Source of the DNA: Halocafeteria seosinensis | Taxonomy: Eukaryota | Length of the DNA: 64,000 bases | Direction: 5' to 3' | Assembly (NCBI GenBank): GCA_001687465.1 | Contig: LVLI01000294.1 | Location: forward strand, 124,001 to 188,000 | Shown here: one piece after another, positions 25,269 through 38,155 of the stretch | How the letters are laid out: each line of letters starts with the position of its first letter | Numbering within the stretch: the first letter of the stretch is position 1 | The notes under the pieces: generated by a model | The model's database searches: none | Told to the model about the DNA's origin: nothing | Seen by the model: the letters and a program-made list of their open reading frames with translations, nothing else | Made by a program: the position numbers and the translations under genes

Positions 25269-25511
25269 GCTGCACTGTCTTCCGACCGTGTATCGATCAG
25301 ACGTACCAGTTCTTCCTTTGACGCAAGCTCACGTCGCCCAGTATAATGTATTATGAGCCAGCGATGTCATACTTACGAATGGCACAAAGCGCTGGCAAGA
25401 CACTTAGGAGGCTGAAAAACTCAACGTTAAGAAATGGAGTCCTTTTATGACACAGTTTCAGACAGATATAAATCAATGCGAGGTCCCGATTTGAAAGATG
25501 TTCTCGTAACG

Positions 25512-25819
25512 TCTGTCACATGTGTGTGTGTGTATGTATGTGTGTGTCTACAGCCATGTTCGAAAACGAACGACATGTGTTGCCTAGTTTCGCCTTTTCA
25601 TGGTTTTTTTAACGACAAGTCAGTTGGCACAGCAGGTTCTCCTCTTTAGTTTCACCTGTTTGTATTGGTATTGCTCCTACCTTGTATGGATATCGCTCTT
25701 GAGTAGATTACAGTTGCTAATGAGAATAACCGTTTTTCCGTTGGTCTAACCATGTGCTCATGAGAGGAACTATTGATAAGGAACTGTCTATTGTAGATCA
25801 CACACACATATGTGACAGA
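25512..25819. repeat. ~300-bp segment bounded by imperfect inverted repeats containing (TG)n/(CA)n
   Basis: Left end tctgtcacatgtgtgtgtg...tctaca; reverse complement of the right end is tctgtcacatatgtgtgtgtgatctaca. Confidence 0.55.
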
Positions 25820-26617
25820 TAGGGTGAGTTTACCGCATCCTCTTAACGAGTGAAGCAGCGATTGTAGGTTATTCTGAATTTCTGAAGGCCCTCAGCTATG
25901 CACATACAAGTACAACACACGAAGTCGTTGCATGACTGAGTAATCTCGTTAGGACAGCGTTCACAGTGTTATGAGGAATAGCAGACCTGACGTAAAGCTT
26001 GAAAGTAGACTCGAGACTCAAGACTTTCGCCTTTCCTGTTTTCCGTTCCGCTTTCAATTGAAGTTTAATTGTTCGCTAGTTAACTTGCAGAAGTTCAATT
26101 AAGTACTAGGACCCAGAAGTGGACTTATCTTGCTATTTTATAACAGGAAGAAGTGTTTATTCCAGCGAAAACGGGAGTATAATTGGAGCAGCCTCATCCT
26201 CTAGCGAAGTACGGCGTATGTACTTTCTTCAGGAGGTATTTGTACCCAGCATGAAACCATATTGGTACTTAACTTGACTAAAGGGGCATAGTAGCTTCTT
26301 TGCAAGAAGATGGTGCTTCATGCAAAAATTGACCAAGACTGTGATGTAACGATTTTCCATCGAAAAATGTGCTTCCATTAATTAACATAGACAAAATGAG
26401 CGACACTAGAACACCCGATACGATTTCAATTATATCTTTAACACTCATGAAATAGTAATTTGCGTCGTCGCTCCAATGGCAATAGGATACGTTTCCAATG
26501 GAAAGTCAGCTTAGTCTTCAGAAGTTTGCAAGCCACTGAGGGTTCTCTTTTCATACACCGTCATAAGTGGATCCAAACAAGGTAAAATGATACAAAAGCC
26601 TTTGTCTAGTAGCAATT

Positions 26618-27429
26618 TCACGAGTAGATAGTCTCCAAAGCTCGCTTCCGACCCTGAGTCCCTGAGAATAAGGGCGAGGTCAGCGAGCAGGTTGAAATTA
26701 TGCACCTCTGCGGAACAAGCGAGCTGTTTTCAAGGTATCTAAGACGTCTTAGCTGGTTCTCTCTGTAAAAGCGAAAATAGAAAATATCTAAGCAACTTAA
26801 TTGTAAGTCGTTAAACGATACAAGCTCATGGAACGTGCACGTACACCGATGGTTCTTCCCGTTTCCGGCGTACGGCGTTCACAAACCCCTCTGCCAAATT
26901 GTACCCTGGGGATGATCTCAAATAATTTGACTCCAATTCAAGTATCTGTCGTTCCAGTTTTTTTAAGTCCCTCTCTAATCTGCAAGGGCAACGCGTGCTC
27001 AGGTATTCCATAACAAAGAGGACCCAACGAACAATGTACGGGAGCGACTTACGAGCCTCGCTGTTCTCTGCACTGAAGCAACTCGTGCTTTGACGAGGCA
27101 GCGGCATTGCCATCACTGGCCGCAACTCGTGTTGGCATGCTCACTGAAGCTGCCGTAGGTGCTCGTACGGTCGAAGAAGCAGCACTTGCACTACTCATCG
27201 TACTTGCTTTGCTAACTGTCGTCGAAGAACTTGACAGCCGTGAGTTCGGCTGCGTGGCAGTTGGAGTGTTGTCTCTCGCAGAAGTGGAGGACCCTGTGCT
27301 CGAGGAGGAGTTCGACGCCGCTGTCACATTTGCGGATCGTGTAGTGGTAGCTCTCTTTTTCTCCTTCCTTGGGTTTGTCGATTGAGGAGGATGTTCTCGA
27401 GATCTCTTTGAGGTTTGCTTCTTCATCAT
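26618..27429 (-). CDS. EAF6: NuA4/MOZ acetyltransferase subunit Eaf6-like, with Ser/Thr-rich N-terminus (multi-exon)
   Basis: LERDLKKLERQILELESNYLRSSPGYNLAEGF and a downstream RCIISTCSLTSP match the Eaf6/MEAF6 pattern. The 3' exon structure is tentative. Confidence 0.75.
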
Positions 27430-27801
27430 CACCCCGCTGCTTCTTAATTATTTTTGTTGAATCGCTCGGTTCTTCAGTCTGAACTTATTCATTCCTTACT
27501 GGAGATCCATGGCTCGGCTAAGACCATATCGAAAGAACGTCTGTGTACGAGCGAATCCCATTGATGAACGTGTCGCACAACCCTGAACAGCCTCATGGAA
27601 CAAATAAAACGTAGTGATCTGGGGGCTTCACAAACCATTGCTTTCGCCGTTGGAGTGACTTCAATCATCATTGCCCATGGCAAGACCGAATCAATTCAAT
27701 TGCATCGTGGGTGAAATTGGTTATTTTGTCCGCCTCTCTCTACAGCTAGTGGAGTGGAACGGTCTGGTAGTGGTGTGTATTGGAGGAAGGGACATAATAA
27801 A

Positions 27802-28365
27802 ATGGTATGTACCTTGGTTGTTGGCTTTCCCATGTTCTATTGATTACATATTCTCTTTGTTGGCCTCGCTTACGCAGTTACCCTTATCATTATTAAAGAC
27901 GGCCAAAGACCGTCCTATGGTATGTATCGCGCTCTTTTGAACAGCATTTTTAGGTGCTGTTTCATGAAATTTGGAAGCGTATCTGCAGCTGGTGGAGCTG
28001 AAGAATGGGGATACGTATAATGGACATCTAGTGAACTGTGATACATACATGAACATTAATTTGAAAGAAGTTATTTGCACATCAAAAGTACGTCTCACCA
28101 ATGCTTGGTCCCTTGGGGTAGAGTGTGTTGTTGTCATCTTTGGGTTTACTTTAACCAGGATGGAGATAAATTTTGGAGCATACCTGAATGCTATATTCGT
28201 GGTGATTCCATTAAGTATCTCAGGATACCAGATGAGGTTTTAGAGGAAGTACCGGAAGAAGAAGAGGCAACTAAGGGAGCTGGAAGAGGTCGTGGTAGAG
28301 GACGTGGCGGACGAGGCCGTGGAAGAGGAGGTCGAGGCCGCGGAGGTGGTTCACGTGGACGATAA
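27802..28365 (+). CDS. LSM4: U6 snRNA-associated Sm-like protein LSm4
   Basis: [75 protein letters not shown] plus RGG tail. The first coding exon is ATG only. Confidence 0.95.
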
Positions 28366-28589
28366 GTTACTCCAACAGCGACGTTCGGAGGATTAAAGTC
28401 ATAGCTGTGGAATTGGGCCTAACATATTCCAGTCCAGCCTCGGTAATGCGATACTTAGGGAAGGCTATATGTAGAAAAATTGCACCTCGTAGTGAAGTAC
28501 TGACTAGGAGTGGATGGAGTTTTTGCAGATGCAACTCCTGTGACTTTGAAATAAACTCTGAAGATTGCGGAAAGTTCTCTACTTATTTT

Positions 28590-30100
28590 CTATGCTCCTG
28601 TTCGTTGACTTTTTTCTTTAGCGGACTGCCGTATTGCGGAATTGTCGATTCCTCTTCGCTTCCTACCCTTCTGTTGAAACTCTTGCCAGTTGCCAACGCG
28701 TTGCTCCCTACCTTTGTCCCATGCTTCTTTAAATTCTTTTTCGAACTCTTGCTTTTCCTTTTCTTCTTCTTCTTTTTCGACTTCCGCTGTCTGCAATGTT
28801 GCGTTAGAAGAGTTCTACAACCCAAATGGAAGGAGGTTTAGAGTAAAAGCAAGAACGTACTGAATGCTCTTTCAGTTGCCTCTCGAACTTCCTTTTGCGA
28901 AGTTCGTGTACAGCAAACGCCTTTCTTGTTGCTACCAGTAATTCCTCTTCATAGCTGCCTAATTCGCTTTCTGAGACACCATCCTTCAAACGTTTCTTTC
29001 GGGCCTTTTTCACTTCTTTCTCGGCGCTATCAATGATACTCTGTGAGATCTCTTTTTGTTGGGGATCCAAAATTTGTTGATGAGCCTTCTTCACGACTGT
29101 GTCATTAAAAGGAGGTGTATTACTACAGTGAACCACCTCCAGGAAACTATATGCAAGACAACTTACTCTGAAATGCATCCTTTGCTCGTTCTTTATCCTC
29201 ATTCTTGTCTGGATGAACGAGACTGGATAACTTCAAATAGTGACGCCGAATTAATTCATCATCATCGTCTTTATCTACTCGTAGCACTTCAAAGGGGTTG
29301 AGGTTGATCCATTCATGATTCGGCTGTAACAAACGGTCTGCACATTTCCAGTTTGTGTGTGAAACTAGGCTACTGTGTTTCTCGGGGGAGGATCTCACTT
29401 ACCAATTTCCTGCTGAGCCACCTTTGCCTTATCAGTAGAAGGATCTTCCCACTCAGGAACTTTAAGTTTGCTTTTTTCTTTAGTTGATGCTTTTATATTG
29501 TCGAGCTCTTTGAAAAATTCGTCTAACACATCCCCAGGCCCAGAATTATGTGTGCTTGTTTGTTCGGACGAAGTGGCTGTGGTCGACACGGCAGAGGATG
29601 AACTAGGCGCAGAACTGCTCGAAGAGTTGCCTCGATGACCAAACAGTTGCTGGAATGATAAAGAGGATTGTGTATCTGCCACATTTTTCTGCAATACTTG
29701 GTTTGAAGGGTCCAGAGAAAGACCTGCAACGAGAGGACCGGATATGCAAGTGATTCCAAACCCAATTCAGAGGGATGATCCAAAAAATAGCCATACCTTC
29801 TCTGTAAGCATCCAACGCTTCTTGATATTTCTCCTGGTTCCTCAAGGCGTCTCCTAATCTAATATACGCTTTCGTCCACTGGGGCGCTAACGTCAGACAT
29901 TGCTGGGCATCTTCCTCTGCTTTATCAGGAAATCCTGCTGCTAATTGCGCAGCTGATCGATTAGAGAAATACACTCCAGAAGGCAAAATTTCGATTGCTT
30001 TGGTATAGTACTCAATGGCCTTCTGGTACTCTTTGGCTTGGAAAGCGGCATTGCCCTTGCCCTTGAGTGCATCGGCGTCATCGTTTTGTTTGCAGGACAT
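28590..30100 (-). CDS. DNAJC8: TPR-domain plus DNAJC8/Spf31-like J-protein (multi-exon)
   Basis: N-terminal TPR clamp (KGKGNAAFQAKEYQKAIEYYTKAI..YFSNRSAA). RLLQPNHEWINLNPFEVL..LSSLVHPDKN J domain. C-terminal WDKGREQRVGNWQEF is typical of DNAJC8. Confidence 0.8.
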
Positions 30101-30401
30101 TGTCTTATTTCTAATCTAATACATACAGATAAAACGGCTAAGTACTATTCAATTCCCTCCATCATATATGTTTGTTTCCAATCGAGTATACGCACAATCC
30201 CACGTCAATAACATTCGCTACCTCAACAAGATTTCAAATTCTGGGAGCTGCGGCAACACAAAAGAAAGAAGCTCGTGCGCCGCGCGGGTGGATGGTACTA
30301 CAACTGGACCCAGGCATCATGAGCAACCGCTACATAAGCATTGTAATATATATTGCTGGATTCCTACTATCAACGAGACTCGGAAGCTAGAGGAACTGGA
30401 T

Positions 30402-33276
30402 TCATTGTGCTGTGGATGAGCCTTGTGGTGCAAGAGACGGAGAAGGGGCATCCACTCGACGATACAAGTAGAGATATCCAAGGTCCAGAGGAGGATTAAC
30501 GGATTCGGCCACTGTACGGTCATTCATGATAACCCATTTGTCTCCATGCTTGATGTGACATACATAGTGGCCAGTACCAGTGTTCTTGCCTATATGGGAT
30601 ATGAACCCGGCTAGTTGGTACTCAGGTTTTCCATCTTCTAGTTCTGGCATGGTACCACTTTCTCCGCCAGCAGAACCTGCAGGTTCCTGGTTGAGCTTCT
30701 CCGCATGGGACAGTAGCCAATCGCCGGCTCTTTCAGGGTCTCCATTCGTCTCGCGTAGAGCCCTACGTGCGTGTTCAGCCTGAAAACCCATGCTGGTTAG
30801 CATACTGACCGTTTCTTCATCCACTCCAGTCTCTTGCTGTGGTGCAGCGGTCGTCTCTTCTAGAGGAGTGTCAAAGTCCGGGTCTTCCATATGCTGCATT
30901 ATCCATTCGGCAGCTTGTTCAGCAGAGGCATTATTCGTAGCCACTGCTGCCCTTTTGCAACCATTATCAGGGAATCCCATGGATACTAGCTGTTGAACAA
31001 TCTGAGGATCCGGTTGAGGCTGATTACCAGCGTTTTCAGGTTGGTCTTCGAGCTCCTCCTCGCCTGGCTGTTTTCCAGCTCCTTTCAGGTTTGTGAGATC
31101 GAGCTGCTCAGGAGCTTTGATTCGAACGTTTATCTTCGTCGGTTGCCAGTTTTCTCCGATAACGTAGCGCCCTATTCCTATCCACAAGTAACGAGGAAAA
31201 GTCTTGATTCCAGTCTTACGGCCTGCCCTTCCGCGCTGATTAGTGGCCGGAGAAAGGAAATCATCGACAAGCTCCTCCTCTTTCCAGTTATCCAACAGCC
31301 GCTGGAAAGGGACTTGTTTAATGTTTTCAACTTCGGTCCCTTCGCTGGGTTCGGTCTTTTGGCGTTTGGTGCTGTCGGTACTCTCTTGCTCGGTTGGGTG
31401 TTCTTCTTTGGGTATTTGCAGCATCAGTAGATTGTCTGTCCGCTGATCGTACTTCACTTTGTTGGTCTGTTGGCATTGCGTTCTGGTTTCCATTTCGAAC
31501 GAGAACATGCGGGAGAGCCACGCAGGGAAACCACTCTCCCCGCCTGACGGGTTATCAAGTTGGCCAGCACGCTCAATTCTGCCCACACAATAACGAGTAT
31601 CAACAATGTCCGCCTGTAAAGACATAGATTAAGCTTACCTTTCCATCCTCTCTAGTGTGTACTGCAAAAATTCAGTAGCATCTTGTTGTCTGTTTGTGGC
31701 AAATTCTGGGTGATTTCTTCCGACGACCGCCTTTAACATTCGAGCTGTGACATATATCGAGTCGGCCAGTTTTGAAGCCTGTTGACGTAAACGCTCAGCT
31801 TCCTTCATATCTGTGTCACTATCTTTTATCTCTTCTCCAGATAAAAGTCGTTGACGGACATCGGGCTTTTCGTCCAAGAAATTCTGCAGTTTATCAAGAG
31901 CTTCGGTGGCTTCTTTCGTCACTGAAACAGTCAAAGACGAGAGTGAACAGATGAATGCTTCCACATCCTTATCAATCAACCACAACTACTTACCATATCG
32001 ATCTGTCTGGAGACCAACCGCAAGTTTCCTTAGCTGGCAAGCGAAGTCCGTCGCTGGATCAGAGGAAACTCCAGAAAATACCCGCGTAACGTCATCCCCA
32101 ACCGTGAATGCTCCTAACAAACGCAGCCGTACTTCGGGTAATGAAAATAGCACCTGGTAAACACTATTCATGTAGCAACTATTTCCAAGGTTTTTCATAC
32201 CAATCAATCCTTTGTCGGCCAATGGAACCAAGCGCGAGCCCTCTTCCTGAATACTGTTAAATTCAGCTCTCTGATTCAAGTCTAGAGTTAGTTCAGCCAT
32301 AGTCTTTTCAGTTTTCTCCATCTGTTTCACTTCTATACCAAAGTGTTGCAGATGTTCTGGTAGTTTCGGATCCTCTACGAGGCTGTCTTCATCAGTGGCG
32401 TAGCTGAAGCAGTCCCCTTTTCCATCAGGGGTAATCGTTCCCAGTTTGACACAAAGGGGGTACTTCTTTCCTGTCTCTTCAAAGTGCTGCAACGCATGGC
32501 TGTTGCCGCCGCTCCCATCAACTGCGAGTCACTAAGTAACCATCATGCAAACGATGCCTCGTATTTTATGGGGGAAAACCCGAAATGGGTAATGACTTAC
32601 ACTGTCGTCTCCCACACCCGATGAACCCCGTAGAGAGGTTAAGCCACAAGTTCTCCCTCATATCGCAATATTGACATTTCCACGTAGAAGGATCAGGAGA
32701 TATCCTTGGAGCGTCGGCAAGTTGTTCAATGGTTGATGCATACTTAGTTACAGGAATTTCTTCCTCCCACGCCGCCTGTTGTACCTCGAGGTTCTTGCTT
32801 GCATCATCATGGCTGAGGATTGCGCGGGCAGCTTGCGCAATGGACGGAGGGAGGTCTTTATCATCTAGAGCGAAAGAATACGGCTGCAAGTTGTATAACA
32901 CAACAACTGAATTTTTCTTGTCATACTCAGGTTCGTCATCCAGAGGCGCTCCTCCTTCCACACCAATGCCTACTTTGGTCAACTTCTGGGATTCAGCTTG
33001 GCGCTCTTTCTGCTGCTGCTCTTCCGTCTTGGTCCATTTCTGATGAACGTACACAGCGCACCCAGTTTTTTGATGGTCGAACAGAAGGAGGTCATGGGCA
33101 ACAGAATAGTACTTCATGATGTTCGTGTAGATGCCTTTTTCTGACAAAGGTGTATCAAACGTGAAGGCGCATTCCTCTCGAAAGACTTTGTCGGAGACTG
33201 TAGGAGATACGATTCCTCCCTCCACATTGTAGCACACAGCGAGCGCGTCGCTTCTTAGATCGTCGAACTGAGCCAT
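30402..33276 (-). CDS. USP5: Ubiquitin C-terminal hydrolase USP5/USP13 (Ubp14; isopeptidase T) (multi-exon)
   Basis: ZnF-UBP (ENLWLNLSTGFIGCGRRQ; YPLCVKLGTITP), Cys box GMKNLGNSCYMNSV, QQDATEF, two UBA domains (LVSMGF, LTSMGF), His box HIGKNTGTGHYVCHI. Confidence 0.95.
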
Positions 33277-33629
33277 TGGAGCAGTGTGGAATGAAAATAT
33301 TAACAATAGGTGTTATGTAAACCTCCCTTCGGTAAGAAAACGAAGAAAAAAGATACAAAGCGCTGACTTTGAAACGAAGGAGAAAAGTATCCCGATAAAG
33401 AGAAAACAAGATAGAATACCGTCTGACGGTAATCAAGCGGAGAAAAACACTTTCTCTGTACGCAGAGCACTGTGAGAACGATCCAGCCTGTAGTCTATCA
33501 TCTAGTAATGACACCTACATAAGTAACTTCTTGAACTTTGAGGGATAGATGGCTTCGAGCTGCTTGTTTATTACGTAACACCTCTTATAAATAAGAAAAG
33601 GCTGGACACTCTATATGACAGAGGAATCC

Positions 33630-35920
33630 TTAGGAGGCATATCGGCCCTCCCGGATTCGCTTTAACGCATTTGCTAAGCGGGTAGCGGCTTCATACATTT
33701 GTTGCTCGTTGCCTGACCGTGCTGCGTGCATGGCTTCCTCGACGAGTCGGACGTTATCATCGTACGTTAACTCTTCTGTCTTTAGTCTTGTACCAGCTCT
33801 CGCTCCTCCATTCCCCTCTTCCTCAGCAGAATAAATTTTAACCACCGACTCTTCTTCGCTTGAAGCATCATGTTCCGCGTCGTTGAATACAGTTTCCCAA
33901 GCACCAGCAACAGAGGTGCTACCGCGACGACCTCTTCCGTAACGAAGTTGTTGCCGTTGGTAGTAACTAAGTCCCTCCCGCGAGTCTTCACTATTCAGCT
34001 GATTCCACGTCTGGCGGACCCCATTTCCAGTGGGAGAGTCATGTAGTATTGAATATCCGCCGTGGGCCTTCTTTAATTGATGCATGCGCAGCAACCGCCG
34101 CCTCCAGATTCTCATAGCTTCGTCTGTAGCGTGCATATCCTCTGATTCTGGCTGAAACCCTAGCTCTTGTCTGCAAAAAGTAGCAGCAACATCCACATCC
34201 GTAAAAACACCAGTGTAAACTTGGAAACTTATATACAAACGTACCGGACGTCTGGATCAGTAAGGTGCGATAATATGACACTTGCTTCATCTTCGCCCAC
34301 GGCCTTCTTCAGAGCCTCCTTTCTTTCTCTCATTGCTTCTTCAAGAAGCTCCGTCACCTCTGATTTCACACGGGGACTGGACCTATCGTCGTCTTGGTTG
34401 CGCTCAACCACACTCTCGTAACGTATAAGAACTTCTAAGTAGTCGCAAGCCAATTCTCGAATCATATGTTGTTCCCGAAGGTTATGTGACGCAATTAGAG
34501 CTTGCAGCCCTCGAGACCTATTTCTCAGGGCATGTGCGGAAGGGGTAGTCCGCACAGGCGGCAGGACAGACGTAGACTCTGGTAGACGGAACGATTCCGT
34601 TGCGTCGGTGGCCCGAGTCAATCTTGAGCCCTGATGACTCACAGTATCGTCTGCTCGCGACGCATTGATACGTCTATTGCTTGACTGATGAAAACTCACT
34701 TCTGTCTGTCGTCCACTGGGTTTTTTCTCACCCTCGCTACCATTGGGGGAAACAGCCACCGAAGTTGAGTTAGGAGCAGACGTGTTACCGGCTTGATCAT
34801 TACTTCTTGTGGCGGGATTTACCGCGCTACTGGAGGCATGGGCCGCATTCTGAGGCGAAGAACGGCTCTTATCAGTATTAGCATTTACATCGTTCTGTCT
34901 TCTACCAGTAGGCGAGGATGAGGCTGTTCCTTCATTATGATAGGAACTTACAAGTTGTTGGGCTTCAGAGATCAAGTCATTCAAATCCTCACCTTCCTTT
35001 CCGTCGGTCTGGGCAGATTCAGCTGGGGTTAAGATTCGGTGTCCTGGTGAAGACAATTGCTGAGCTTTTTTAGTAGCGGCCTCAGCTGCGGCTTTGGATG
35101 GCTTTTCGTCATTTTTATTCGCTACGTGCTTATCCGCTACGTGCTTATCCGCTCCGTTTCCCGCTGGACCAGTGCCATGTGAGACTCCAGCGCTGTCTTG
35201 GATAGCACCCGGTTGTTGTTGTGCTGAAGAGTCTTTGAAGACCTCTTCCCAAGCTCCAGCAATGCTGGTAGAGCCTCTTCTGGCTCTACCATATTTAAGT
35301 TGTTGTCTCTCGTAGTAGCTGGCCCCGGCATCAGGATCTGCGCTATTGAGACTATCCCATGCTTGTTTATAGCCGCGGGAAGTAGGGTGGTCGTGGTTAG
35401 TGTTCCTGTAGCCTGAAATTGGTTTGGCACTGTTATTATGTACTAAACGACGCCGAAACAATCGGCCGTTATCCATCTCTTCTTCGAATTGTACCTCTGG
35501 AGACAGTGCCTCTCGCAGTTCGGGGTCCTCGAGCAGAGCCAGCAGCGTGCCGAAAGCAGCCCCTGCGATTTTTCGTAATCGATATGTGTTGTCCTGGTGC
35601 TGTTCCTCTAAATCAAACAAGGCCGCCGGTTTCCGGTCACTTTGTTCCATCTGTGACAACCGCTGTTTAAACAGTTCAATTCGCTGTTCAATGTCCAGTC
35701 GTTCAAGGCAAAGCTGGCGGACAGCGAGTTGTTTCGGTTTCGAAAACGTAGCAACTATGCCATCGAATCCCCTTGCTTGACGTTGCCTTGGAATCGCTGA
35801 AGGTGTATGGCGTCCAAGCTGTAAGACAGCGGAACTATCTCTTTCGAACAGGGCCGTGGTGTCTCCATCCCCTCCTCCACGGCGCCTATCGCCCACTGTA
35901 GATGGCGAGCGATGGGACAT
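33630..35920 (-). CDS. Hypothetical protein with two copies of a ~100-aa conserved repeat (2 exons; intron ~34172-34243)
   Basis: Long ORFs joined in phase 2 (DPDVR/QELGF). Internal duplication of the motif W..LNS.D...G.SYY.RQQL.YGR.RRGSTS.AGAWE.VF. Confidence 0.75.
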
Positions 35921-36734
35921 TGCGTTCTGCGTTGGAAGTCAAAATATAAATTCTATTGGATTCTCGCAAAAGCCATATTATTTTGCTAAACCAAAGCGTG
36001 TAGATAACCTAGAAATCGTCTGCCTCGACCAAAGTCGCGTCAACTAGACCGTTTGAGAGGGCGAACCCCCACATATCCTCCATACAAAGACTCCACGCAA
36101 CGAATTATTCGAAGCCCCTCAATGAAAACACCATAGAGACTTACTTTTGCTCAACTTAAAGTCGGCGGTCAATCAGCTTGCCGGCTGTGGAGTGCGAACA
36201 AAACTCGTTTTCAGTTAAATGTGGCGCGGAGGATCCCCATTAATTGCTTTTACGCCCTTTCTCGACTCTGTGTACAGACGATTTTCTGGGCAGCTACGTT
36301 CCATAAACGAAGGGGCAATTATCTAGCGACGTTTGTCTGTGCAGTGTACTCCTGTCGGTTGCGTGGTGCCCTGCGCAGATGAGAAAGCCAGTGACTGGCA
36401 CGCCGCAACAGAGGAGAAAAGCGGTTTGACAGGGTAAGATTACACGGCTTGTAGAATCTGAATTGGATCCGATACACCTAAGGAAGCTCGGTCCAAGGAC
36501 TAGATGCACAATCACAGTATGAGATAAGAATGTGCTTGTCATTTCCCCCTTGTATGGTCGTTTTTGGGGACGCTCGTTACCGGGTGCAATAAGTGCGGAA
36601 AACGACGCCAAGTTGGCACCTTGCTGTGAAGCCGGGTGATGTCCTGACCTTGTGGAACTCGAAACAATATGGCACAGATAAGACGTTTCAACTGATAAGT
36701 CCGTGGGAACGTGCACTGTAATGGGAAGGTGAAA

Positions 36735-38060
36735 ATGAGGGCGTCCGAAGTGAATAACACTCGCAAGTTTTCCACGTTCTACACTGTGGGATCCGAAATC
36801 GGAGTGGGTTCCTTTGCAGCGGTACATGAATGCTGGAGAAAAGATAGAGAGCATGCTCCAGAGTCGGAATCGTCAACAAAGAGGCAGCGCATGGAAGATG
36901 ATGCGGAAAGCTCTAATTCGAGCGCGATTGAGCCTTCGACGCAGTGGAGCAATCGTCCACTCGCTGTGAAGGCGATGCCCATGGATGCATTCACTCTTCG
37001 CGAAATCAAAATCTTGCGTGAACTGAAGTCTCCACATCTTATATGTTTGGAGGATGCTTTCGTTGATTCAGTTCGTGACCAGCTTTTGTTAGTGTATGAG
37101 CATGGTAAGCCCTACTGTGCCGCGTTCATGACTACAACAGACAGAATTCCTCCACATCTTCTTGGCAAGACCGCAGCGAAGGACGACTTACAGTCGTGGA
37201 TCCATAACCGAGGGCCACTTGAAGAAGCTACAGCTTTAAGGGTTCTTCGATCACTACTGAAAGCGCTTAACTGTTTACATTCCAATGGCATCATGCACAG
37301 GGATGTGAAACCGGCCAACATACTGCTGATTCAGAAAGGTGAAAAGCACAATTCCAGCAATATCCAGGACTTCTCTTGTAAACTGGCTGATTTTGGTTTA
37401 GCTAGAAGTTTTCGCACCCCCCCAGTTCCTCTGACCGAAGTAGACGCAGAGGTGGTTACTCTCTCTTATAGAGCACCTGAATTGCTGCTCGGAGCCCAAC
37501 ACTACAACACGGCTGTTGACATTTGGAGCCTAGGTTGTGTCTTCGCTGAACTCCTAACTGGAAAGCAGCTCTTTCGCGCCACGGACACGAGCTACGAAAC
37601 TGAGTCGCAAAAACGCTTCTATAAGGGTCAACTTCTATCCATTTTATCCGTAAGGACTTCGGTGATGCTTGCAAGGAGTGACAATGCTCTTCATACAACT
37701 GTAGTCTTTGTTCATATTGTTCGTGCGCAGGTACTTGGGGATCCAGCGGCAGAGGAATGGCCGCTGCTAAAGTATTATCCATTTGCTTATAAATTGAAAC
37801 GCTTAAGAACGGGCTCCCCCGCCCAATCGCAACTAGAGACTTTCTTAAGAAGAAGAAGCTCCGCAGCGCCAAAGCAGATAACTTCCAAAACAATGGACCT
37901 ACTTCAAGAATTGCTACGCTATGGTATGTCTAATGTTAGGACGACTTAAAGCACCCTCGAAGAGGCTGGAAGTTGATGCTCGATGTGTTATGCAGATCCG
38001 GCAAAACGACTCACCGCGTGGGGAGCGCTACATCATTCCGCGTTTGCCGGTCTAGAATAG
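36735..38060 (+). CDS. Cyclin-dependent kinase, CDK8/CDKE-like (multi-exon)
   Basis: IGVGSFAAV, AVK, HRDVKPANILL, KLADFGLARSFRTPPVPL..VVTLSYRAPELLLGAQHYNTAVDIWSLGCVFAELLT resembles the CDK8 activation segment. Last exon DPAKRLTAWGALHH. Confidence 0.8.
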
Positions 38061-38155
38061 GGGTATAGATAAAATATACATCGTCAAAAACGCAACAGCG
38101 TGTGTATATTTTTTGATGCTAACGAGTCGGAAAGGGGATTTACGGAGCCCAAAAA

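Noticed and set aside
28275..28362. GGN/CGN repeat tract
   Set aside because: The ordinary RGG tail of LSm4.
35119..35153. 15-bp tandem duplication (DKHVA x2)
   Set aside because: Small in-frame slippage in a low-complexity linker.
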